A DNA stretch of 64,000 bases from positions 59,336,001-59,400,000 of the forward strand of contig NC_086097.1 of NCBI RefSeq assembly GCF_963921235.1, given 5' to 3'. Position numbers and translations under genes: made by a program. The notes beneath the pieces were generated by a model. The model had not been told where the DNA came from, did not search any database, and was given only the letters and a program-made list of their open reading frames with translations. The stretch is from Mobula hypostoma (Eukaryota). Position 1 is the stretch's first letter, and each line of letters starts with the position of its first letter. Below are positions 1-10,339 of the stretch, piece by piece.

Positions 1-419
1 CAGAATGAGTTGTCATCTAACAACAGTACTGAAGTGACAAAAGATATTAACCCCAAATTGTACAGACTTACGGCAAAAGCAGTGTGATTTTGAGGAGAGA
101 CTTTGGAGGGAAGGAATTTGCCTTGGGTACCTAGTTTTCAGCTCATAAGGAATATCAATCAGCATCTATATTCACTTCCATACATACCATTCCTACTTTG
201 TACAAGATTGCAAAGATGTTCACAATAACAAAGTCAGACAATTGCAATCAAAATTTGTTAAATTATGTGTGCACCAATCCACATAGTGTTTGGTTTAAAA
301 CAAGAAATGGAGGCCAAACTGTGCTACAAGGAACCAAATATAGGACTGGTTAATTATTGCAGGCTGAAAATGAAACAGGAACTAAAAATACTGTAAATAG
401 AAAACACCTTTTTGAAAGG

Positions 420-540
420 AAATACAGAAAATGCTATAAATATTCATCAGATCAGGCAGCATCTGTGAAGAGACAAAATCAGAATTAATTTTTCTGAATA
501 TTCAATATATTCAGATTGATGATTTTGTATTAGACTAGAT
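420..540 (-). repeat. Old Penelope-derived terminal-repeat relic
   Basis: AAATGCT..AAATATTCATCAGATCAGGCAGCATCTGTG resembles the PLE terminal motif at 42290-42340. Confidence 0.5.
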
Positions 541-639
541 AAAGCACAAACTTCAAATGTGCTTTAATTACCGAGAAGTGGAGAGCACAAAGGAATTCTT
601 TTTACCTGGAGAGCTGTAAAGCCATTGAACAAATTTGAA

Positions 640-1447
640 GGTTCAAAGGTTCAAAGATCCAATTTAATGTCAGAGGAATGTATACGATATACATCCTGAA
701 ATACTTTTTCTTAGCAACCATCCACGAAAACAGAGGAGTGCCCCAAAGAACAAATGACAGTTAAACGTGAGAACCCCAAAATCCCCCCCAGCTCTCCCCT
801 CCCTCGCATAAGCGGCAACAAGCAATGATCCCCCCCCCAGCAAAAAAAAACGCTTGCTACTGAGCACAAGTGTGAGCTAGGCAATAGCAAAGACACAGAC
901 CTTGCAGTTACCCCAAGACAATTGCATTTCATCCGGCATTCTATAAACCACAGGTTCTCTCTCTCGCTAATAAGGGAGAGGGATGTGTCCCTATTTTTAC
1001 AGCGTGTGGGAGACATAACAACAACCCGCTGGCTTACGATGTTAAGAAGTCCATTTCATTGCTTTTTTCGAGCTCTGTGCCTGAAGATCTCAAAGAGCTC
1101 GGGTCTTTGGGCCTTCCTGATGACACATGGATCTCCTACCGTGACATTGACCCATGATCCGCCCATCTCCAGAGCCCCGAGGTCTTAGGCTTTCGAACAC
1201 GAGCCAGACTCTCAGGCCAAACCCTTGGCATGCCGAACAACAACGGCCCGTCTTGAAACCCCAAAAACAGGTTCCATCCCGGCAAAGAACTGAAGTCTGC
1301 GTGTAACTCCAGGTCAGGGTCTTCAAAAGAACCCTGAAAGGGAAAAATAAAGATATTAAAGATGGACGTAGATCTGTTTCCGAAGATGCAAGTAAAGGCG
1401 TCACTGTTTAGCGCCATGCAAGCAAAGGAGTCGCCATTTAGCATCTC
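640..1447 (-). mobile_element. Non-autonomous ORF-less retroelement (~800 bp) with LINE-type 3' tail
   Basis: 1270-1400 is the reverse complement of 63780-63915. The 3' end (TTTCAGGATGTATA...ATTAAATTGGATCTTTGAACCTTTGAACC on minus) matches 45100-45190. No meaningful ORF. Confidence 0.7.
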
Positions 1448-1689
1448 CAATTTAAATTGGAGATCACTAGATTTTGAGATACTCAGGGAATCAAGGAATA
1501 CATGTTTGCACAGGAAAATTGAGATGATGCTCAAGATCAGCCATGATCAGCTGATTTAAAGAGCCAGATCACCTGTTCCCAATTGCTATGGACAATGTGA
1601 TACAGAACAACTAACAGTTCTCGGGTTTCAGTGTCAAAGTTGTTGGGCCTGGGTAAGAATGTAATGAAACATTATCTGGAACTTTGTCA

Positions 1690-3230
1690 AGCCTACCAAC
1701 GGAAGGGTATACCTGTATCTGAGGGAGGGCAACAAAGGTTTATCAGGTCATTTACTGGAATGGTAAGCTTGCCCTATGAGGAGTGGTTAAGCAGTGGGGC
1801 AATTGTAGGGATTGAGAGGGTATTTACACATTTGTTGTCTTTTCTGGCTAGTGTGTCTAGAACTAGAAATTAATGTCTCAGAAACTGAAATCAACCACTC
1901 ATTGTGGAAAGGAGAGGCTTTGTGAAGGGCAGATCGTGTCTAACAAGCCTGATAGAGTTCTTTGAGGAGGTGACCAGGCATATAGATGAGGGTAGTGCAG
2001 TGGATGTGATATATATGGATTTTAGTAAGGCATTTGACAAGGTTCCACACGGTAGGCTTATTCAGAAAGTTAGAAGGCATGGGATCCAGGGAAGTTTGGT
2101 CAGGTGGATTCAGAATTGGCTTGCCTGCAGAAGGCAGAGGGTGGTGGTGGAGGGAGTACATTCAGATTGGAGGATTGTGACTAGTGGTGTCCCACAAGGA
2201 TCTGTTCTGGGACCTCTACTTTTCGTGATTTTTATTAATGACCTGGATGTGGGAGTAGAAGGGTGGGTTGGTAAGTTTGCAGACAACACAAAGGTTGGTG
2301 GTGTTGTAGATAGTGTAGAGGATTGTCAAATATTGCAGAGAGACATTGATAGGATGCAGAAGTGGGCTGAGAAGTGGCAGATGGAGTTCAACCTGGAGAA
2401 GTGTGAGGTGGTACACTTTGGAAGGACAAACTCCAAGGCAGAGTACAAAGTAAATGTCAGGATACTTGGTAGTGTGGAGGAGCAGAGGGATCTCGGGGTA
2501 CATGTCCACAGATCCCTGAAAGTTGCCTCACAGGTGGATAGGGTAGTTAAGAAAGCTTATGGGGTGTTAGCTTTCATAAGTCGAGGGATAGAGTTTAAGA
2601 GTCGTGATGTAATGATGCAGCTCTATAAAACTCTGGTTAGGCCACACTTGGAGTATTGTGTCCAGTTCTGGTCACCTCACTATAGGAAGGATGTGGAAGC
2701 ATTGGAAATGGTACCGAGGAGATTTACCAGGATGCTGCCTGGTTTAGAAGGTATGCATTATGATCAGAGATTAAGGGAGCTAGGGCTTTACTCTTTGGAG
2801 AGAAGGAGGATGAGAGGAGACGTGATAGAGGTGTACAACATAATAGGAGGAATAGATAGAGTGGATAGCCAGCGCCTCTTCCCCAGGGCACTACTGCTCA
2901 ATACAAGAGGACATGGCTTTAAGGTAAGGGGTGGGAAGTTCAAGGGGGATATTAGAGGAAGGTCTTTTACTCAGAGAGTGGTTGGTGCGTGGAATGCACT
3001 GCCTGAGTCAGTGGTGGAGGCAGATACACTGGTGAAGTTTAAGAGACTACTAGACAGGTATATGGAGGAATCTAAGGTGGGGGCTTATATGGGAGGCAGG
3101 GTTTGAGGGTCGGCACAACATTGTGGGAAACTCAGTCAATGAGTATATTCATAAAAGGTGACTGATAGATTTTTATCTACTCAGTAGATCAATAGTTCTG
3201 GGATTAATGCAGGAAGGTGGCACTGAGGGC
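1690..3230 (+). mobile_element. Old degraded CR1 3' fragment, split by a younger CR1 at ~1911-3127
   Basis: Decayed RT C-terminal and 3' sequence (CCCTATGAGGAG..GGTTAAGCAG; GTCTAGAACTAG; CTCAGTCAATGAGTATATTC..GATAGATTT) lies on both sides of the young copy. Confidence 0.55.
1917..3127 (+). mobile_element. 5'-truncated young CR1 LINE; open 400-aa RT ORF 1904-3106
   Basis: Motifs GFVKGRSCLTSL, YMDFSKAFDKV, GVPQGSVLGPLLF, FADNTK (FADD with D>N), RPHLEYCVQFW. Confidence 0.95.
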
Positions 3231-4318
3231 ACGCACACACACACACAAGTCTGCGTTCTCAGAGTTTTTTGATATCCAAGGCTTGTCTCATTGCACAATT
3301 ACACCAGATTCTACAGAACACGGCAGCATTTATAAGTATGCTCAGATTCTTTGTTTGTTCCTAAAGTAGCATGCTGCATTAGAGTGAAAGCTAGCAAGAG
3401 CTTTATTGCAGAATTATAGCCTCTTGAGATTTTTATGTGATTGTTAAATGTGTTGCAGTCTTTCTGAGTTCTAAAAGATTGCATCAGTTTTGAGGACTAA
3501 ATAGATTTTATTTCAAAACTATCTTAAATTAAATCTGTACCTTTTTAACTAACTTCTTCCTTTCTAAAAAAAGTTTGCAATAGCATCCTTTTATATAAAA
3601 AAATCAATTTAACTGCATCCTCACACAAAAAAAAATGCAGTCAATTGCGGTATTACTCTAGTACAGTCATCTTCCTTGATTTGATTCCATGAAGCCACTG
3701 CAAAGATGTGGCATAAAAGCTGAGGCTTTGTGATTTCTAAAATCTAATTTTAGATAGACCTGTCCCACACACATAACAAAAGGTCAGAATGGATGTTCAT
3801 TTCTTCAGTGTGTTCCAGCTGGTGTATAGGCAGAATATAGCTGCAGATGCAAGGTGTTGCTGAGCTCTATTAAAACATGTAGCCATGGAAAAAAAGAAAT
3901 TCAGAAAATGTTGAAGAATTCAGTAAATGTATTTCGCTCTTACAATTTGGATTTCCAGCATCCATTGTTCCTGTTTTGTTTTGTAATATGAAGTAATGAT
4001 TCTATTTCCCACACTTGACCTTCTTTTGGTTCTGCTTATTTCTGTTGCCCTTTCTCAAGTTGCACTCATTTTTATCATTTAAGCTTTCCTGCCTACCTTC
4101 AATCACACACATTCCTTTTTAACTCTTCTCTACTTTCATATTTGTTGCATATTGCTATTTGTTTTATCATTAAAGTTTCCCAGTTCTGGCAAAAGGCCAT
4201 TAAGAAGAAGCCTTAGCTCTATTTCCCAGTTCTGGTGAAAGACCATTAACGAAAAGCAACATACATCAAAGTTGCTGGTGAATGCAGCAGGCCAAGCATC
4301 ATCTATAGGAAGAGGCGC

Positions 4319-4354
4319 AGTCGACGTTTCAGGCCGAGACCCTTCGTCAGGACT
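4319..4354 (-). ncRNA. Minimal type I hammerhead ribozyme
   Basis: Minus strand reads AGTC-CTGACGA-AGGGTCTCGGCCT-GAAAC-GTC-GACT: helix I, CUGANGA core, helix II, GAAA, GUC cleavage triplet. Confidence 0.85.
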
Positions 4355-4677
4355 AACTGAAGGAAGAGTGAGTAAGGGATTTGAAAGCTGGAGGGGGAGG
4401 GGGAGATGCAAAATGATAGGAGAAGACAGGAGGGAGAGGGATGGAGCCGAGAGCTGGACAGGAGATAGGCAAAAGGGGATACGAGAGGATCATAGGACAG
4501 GAGGTCCGGGAAGAAAGACAGGGGAGGGGGGGTGATCCGGGAAGAAAGACAAGGGGGGGGGTCCTATCACCTGTCCAGCTCTCGGTTCTATCCCTCCCCC
4601 TCCTGTCTTCTCCTATCATTTTGCATCTCCCCCTCCCCCTCCAGCTTTCAAATCCCTTACTCACTCTTCCTTCAGTT

Positions 4678-4713
4678 AGTCCTGACGAAGGGTCTCGGCC
4701 TGAAACGTCGACT
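4678..4713 (+). ncRNA. Minimal type I hammerhead ribozyme
   Basis: AGTC-CTGACGA-AGGGTCTCGGCCT-GAAAC-GTC-GACT; predicted cleavage after 4709. Confidence 0.85.
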
Positions 4714-5615
4714 GCGCCTCTTCCTATAGATGCTGCTTGGCCTGCTGTGTTCACCAGCAACTTTGATGTATGTTGCTTGAATTTCCAGCATCTGCAGAAT
4801 TCCTGTTGTTTGCATTAACGAAAAGCCTTAGCTTTATGTTTTTCCTTACATATATTTCCTGACTTCTCAATATTATCAGCATTTTGCTTTCTTCCCTCCA
4901 GATTTTTCACATAAGGAGTTTGTTTTTAAGCTGTTTTGGGATATTTCACTGTACGTGATTTCAGAATTTTGAAAGGATAGTGATATTCAAGAAAAGGTAA
5001 GTAGCAACCTTTTTGTTATATCATCACAATTACTGATGTGATTATACTCATAAGCAGCTTGGTTCTAATCTGTCACTACACATCATAGTAATAAGCTATG
5101 ATTTATGAAAAGTAATTCGTTGAGGATCTCTGACTGAGAATGAATATCTCACCCAAGAAAATTGAATAAATGTGCTTCTTAATGTCTCACTGAAATGCCA
5201 GTGAGGAAATAGAATTTCAGTCTGCTTGTAATATTGATTGTTATATTTGCATGCCTTGGCAATGATGGAAGATTACCCATGCAGTTTAAAGGCCAGAGAT
5301 GCCAATCATTTTGTTTCCAGTAGTCTGAGTAAGCAATCTCTTCAAATTGTGAAAACCTCAATCAAAAAGCCTGAGAGGAGAGCAATTGCTTTCCTCCTCT
5401 CTTTATTATCACCGTCTTAAATAGTGCAGTAGGGTACACAGCCAGATGGTAGTTTTCCAGTTTCACAAGGCTGTCTAAATCGCTGGTTAAACTTTGTCTG
5501 CATGACTGAATGTGTAGATAGCAGTCTATAAGATTTGCCACTTTTCTCAGTAACAATTCTGACAATTTATTGTGCAATGCTTGGCTGATGAAAATATTCC
5601 TATACTAAAAAATCT

Positions 5616-8216
5616 ATAGACAATAGACAATAGGTGCAGGAGTAGGGCACTCGGCCCTTCGAGCCAGCACCACCATTCACTGTGATCATAGCTGATCATC
5701 CACAATCAGTACCCTGTTCCTGCCTTCTCCCCATATCCCTTGACTCCGCTATCATTAAGAGCTCTATCTACCTCTTTCTTGAAAGCATCCAGAGAATTGG
5801 CCTTCACTGCCTTCTGACATAGAGCATTCCACAGATCCACAACTCTCTGGGTGAAAAAGTTTTTCCTCAACTCCGTTCTAAATGGCCTACCCCTTATTCT
5901 CAAACTGTGGCCTCTGGTTCTAGACTCCTCTCCAACATCGGGAACATGTTTCCTGCCTCTAGCGCGTCCAATCCCTTAATAATCTTATATGTTTCAATCA
6001 GATCCCCTCTCATCCTTCTAAATTCCAGTGTATACAAGCCCAGTCGCTCCAATCTTTCAACATATGACAGTCCCGCCATCCTGGGAATTAACCTCGTGAA
6101 CCTCTGCTGCACTCCCTCAATAGCAAGAATGTCCTTCCTTAAATTTGGAGACCAAAACTGTACACAATGCACCAGGTGTGGCCTCACCAGGGCCCTGTAC
6201 AACTGCAGAAGGACCTCTTTGCTCCTATACTCAACTCCCCTTGTTATGAAGGCCAACATGCCATTAGCTTTCTTCACTGCCTGCTGTACCTGCATGCTTA
6301 CTTTCAGTGACTGATGAACAAGGACACCAAGTTCTCATTGTACTTCCCCTTTTCCTAACTTGACACCATTCAAATAGTAATCTGCCTTCCTGTTCTTGCC
6401 ACCAAAGTGGATAACCTCACATTTATCCACATTAAACTGCATCTGCCATGTATTTGCCCACTCACTCAACCTGTCCAAGTCACCCTGCATTATCTCAACA
6501 TCCTCCACACATTTCACACTGCCACCCAGCTTTGTGTCATCTGCAAATTTGCTAATGTTACTTTTAGTCCCTTCATCTAAATCATTAATGCATGTTGTAA
6601 ATAGCTGCGGTTCCAGCACCGACCCTTGCGGTACCCCACTGGTCACCACCTGCCATTATGAAAGGGACCCGTTGATCCCTACTCTTTGTTTCCTGTCTGC
6701 CAACCAATTTTCTATCCATGTCAGTACCCTACCCCCAATACCATGTGCTCTAATTTTGCCCACTAATCTCCTGTGTGAGACCTTATCAAAGGCTTTCTGA
6801 AAGTCCAGGTACACTACATCCACTGGCTCTCCCTTGTCCATTTTCATAGTTACATCCTCAAACAATTCCAGAAGATTAGTCAAGCATGATTTCCCCGTCA
6901 TAAATCCATGCTGACTCGGACCGATCCTGTTACTGCTATACGAATGTGCCGCTGTTTCATCCTTTATAATTGACTCCAGCATCTTCCCCACAACTGATGT
7001 CAGGCTAACTGGTCTATAATTCCCTGTTTTCTCTCTCCCTCCTTTCTAATAAAGTGGGATAACATTAGCTACTCTCCAGTCCTCAGGAACTGATCCTGAA
7101 TCTAGAGAACATTGGAAAAATAATTACCAATGCATCCACGATTTCTAGAGCCACCTCCTTAAGTACCCTGGGGTGCAGACCATCAGGCCCTGGGGATTTA
7201 TCAGCCTTCAGTCCCATCAGTCTATCCAACTCCATTTTCTCTCTAATGTGAATCTCCTTCATTTCCTCTGTTACCACTGGGTCCTCCAGCCACTGTTACA
7301 TCTGGGAGATTGTTTGTGTCTTCCCTAGTGAAGACAGATCCAAAGTACTGTTCAACTTGTCTGCCATTTCCTTGTTCCCCATTATAAATTCACCTGTTTC
7401 TGTCTTCAAGGTCCCAACTTTGGTCTTAACTAATTTTTTCCTCTTCACATACCTAAAGAAGCTTTTACTATCCTCCTTTATATTCTTGGCTAGCTTGCTT
7501 TTGTATCTAATCTTTTCTCCCTGTATTGCCTTTTTAGTTATCCTCTGTTGCTCTTTAAAAGTTGCCCAATCCTCTGGCTTCCCGCTCATCTTTGCTATGT
7601 TACACTTCTTCTCTTTTATTTTTATACTGTCCTTGACTTCCCTTGTCAGCCACGGTCACCCCTTACTCCCCTTAGAATCTTTCTTTCTCTTTGAAATGAA
7701 CTGATCCTGCACCTTCTTTATTATTCCCAGAAATACCTGCCATTGTTATTCCACTGTCATCCCTGCTGGGGTATCTTTCCAGTCAACTTTGGCCAGCTCC
7801 TTCCTCATGGCTCCATAGTCCCCTTTGTTCGACTGCAAAACTGACACTTCCGATTTTCTCTTCTCCCTCTCAGATTGTGGTTTAAAACTTATCATTTTAT
7901 GGTCACTACCTCCTAATGGCTCCTTTACCTCGAGTTCCCTTATCAAATCTGGTTCATTACACAACACTAAATCCAGAATTGCCTTCTCCCTGGTAGGTTC
8001 CAGTACAAGCTGCTCTAAGAATCCATCTCGGAGGCACTCCACAAACTCCCTTTCTTGGGGTCCAGTACCAACCTGATTTTCTCAGTCTACCTCCATGTTA
8101 AAATCCCCCATAACAACCATAGCATTACCTTTGTGACATGCCAATTTTAACTCTTGATTCAACTTGCACCCTATATCCAGGCTACTGTCTGGGGGCCTGT
8201 AGATATCTCCCACTAG
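5616..8216 (-). mobile_element. 5'-truncated CR1 LINE with frameshifted ORF2 (partial EN + RT)
   Basis: ORF fragments IYRPP..MGDFN, KSPGPDGLHPRVLKE, YLDFQKAFDKV, GVPQGSVL, FADDTK; (TATTGTC)n tail at 5616-5632. Confidence 0.95.
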
Positions 8217-8539
8217 ATCCCATTTGATAGGTAGCATTTGACTTAGAATTATTTCACATCTGACGTTCATCACTGAGGTCAGTTATTCAACCTAAAATCC
8301 TTACCACACCTCAGCAACAAAAGAGCTAGGAGTGGTTTATTGCACCAACAGAGATAAAATACATACTAGATGGCTGGTGATATTAATCAAAATACTGTGT
8401 CAAAGAAAATTTTAAATAAGTTTTTCACTGCTGATGCATCATATTGACCTGCTACTGGGGCTCATCAGAGTTTTTAAAATATATTCTCCTCTTGTAACAC
8501 TTATACCAACATTAAAATTTCTCATTTAAAATTGCTTAT

Positions 8540-8772
8540 TTTATTTAGAGATACGGCATGTTTGCAAGCCCTTCTAGACCAATGAGCCCATGCCACCCAA
8601 TTGCATCTATGGAACCTACTAACCCATACATCTTTGCAATGTGGGAAGAAAACAGAACACCTAAAGGAAACCCAAGTGGTCATGGGGAGATTACTCCTTA
8701 CAGACAGTGGTGGAATTGAACCCATGTCTCAGGTGCTGTAATGGTGTTATGCTAACCACTATGCTATCATGT
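8540..8772 (-). mobile_element. tRNA-derived V-SINE (HE1-like)
   Basis: Minus strand has A box TAGCATAGTGG, B box GGTTCAATTCC and a V-domain-like GGGTTTCCTTTAGGTGTTCTGTTTTCTTCCCAC. Confidence 0.8.
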
Positions 8773-10339
8773 CACACCAATCAAGTAGCATTCTATCACA
8801 TCTCTCTCTTTGTGATTCTAAACCCAATTGTTTCCTTTATTCCTCATGCTAGCCTTTCTATCATTTCTAAGAAGAAGGGAGTATTTCGTGTAGGCCATGT
8901 ACAATAACAAATAGGTTACTAGCTTAGCTCTGTGTCATGTTTCCCATAATCCTGCATTCTACTATTTGGGCTTTAACATGAGATTTTTTTTGTCCAATTT
9001 ACTCAAACAAAATTGGACAAAAAATAATATCTTAGGTTAAAGCTCAAAGAGTTGTGCAATTTCCTGTTGCATTCATATTGTTTTTCCTGAACTTCTTTGT
9101 TTCATCTATTTGCCTCATGTTTTTAATTGTCTTTATCAAGTTTTGCTTATCATTATCCATCTTTACCTGGAATTGTATGAGGAACAAGGGAAATCAGAGT
9201 GCTTATGTTTGTAAGTCCAGGATGAGGATGAGCATGGGGATAAATATCATGAAGGTGTGATAGTGTGAGGCTGATGTTGTTTCTAACTTAGAGTGGGCAT
9301 TTAATAGTTTTAGTGTTCAGGTTCTCATGGTGGCGAATTAGGTTTCGAGATCTGATATTAACAGCTGTGATGGGGATTTAGGATTTAGACGAACTTTGGA
9401 CAGAATAAGCCTTGTTTCATTGGTGAAAACTTCTTGAAAAGGAACAATTATTTCAGAGTCAGGGATCTACTGTGAGCTATAAAGATGCTCTGAGCATGGA
9501 AAATGAGTTTCTTCTGAACTTTGTGTTTTTTTGTATTTGAAGAAAATGATTATTGGTCTGATTATTTTTGTGGATATAGCCAAGTTATTGTAATATTCCA
9601 AGTAAGGATGACACAACATTTTGGAATATGGGCTAAGTGTATTGTGCAATTTCAGAAGTTTGCATCAACCATGGTGTTACCTCTCTTTACTTGACCTTAC
9701 TTCCGGTTACATCATCATTGTAGCTTTGAATGTAGAGTGTTTCCATCATATGCCATTACTTTCCATAATAATTTGAAACAATAAATATTACCTTCTTAAT
9801 TAGATGAATATCTCTAACAGCATGAACGCATTAATTTCACTCTTGCACCTTTCAATGTGGATCTGACAGTTTTCATTGCTTTCATAAATTATACATTGTA
9901 TTGTTCATTTTTTCTCTTTCCTTTGTGCATGAAGAATTCTTATTTTCAGTTGCAACACATCCATTCCACAAACCTTCATCATTAGCATTGTACAGGAATT
10001 CAACTCTGTTTGCTAAAGTGGCACTTATAAATAACACAACTGCTTTACAACGTGGCTGAAAAAACTCCTCAGAGCATTGTCAACTAATAACGACATAAAC
10101 TAAAGAGTAGAAGCACCAAAGAAAGGCAAACAATAGCAATTACTTATTTATTTCCAAAGATATGTCTTTTCTGCAGATAAGAAAATTAAGTTAAGAACAG
10201 AACACTTTTCAAAATCATTTGAATACATTATTTCCTGTGCAGAGTAATTTTCTTTGGCAAAGCAAAAATGGAGAAGAAAACTTAATTTAAATGCATTATA
10301 CTATATCTTGCCAACAGGTTCATAAAGCGGGGGGGGGGG

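Larger units (their letters stand above)
4254..4812 (+). mobile_element. Penelope-like element insertion with fold-back (inverted pseudo-LTR) structure
   Basis: ~215-bp inverted arms at 4254-4469 and 4563-4778; 14-bp TSD CATTAACGAAAAGC at 4244-4257 and 4813-4826; a hammerhead motif in each arm. Confidence 0.85.

Noticed and set aside
4136..4818. Mirror-image ORFs MLVN..GRGAVDVSGRDPSSG on both strands
   Set aside because: Artefact of the PLE inverted repeat; non-coding.
8700..8772. tRNA gene
   Set aside because: The A/B boxes belong to a SINE head; no cloverleaf is evident.
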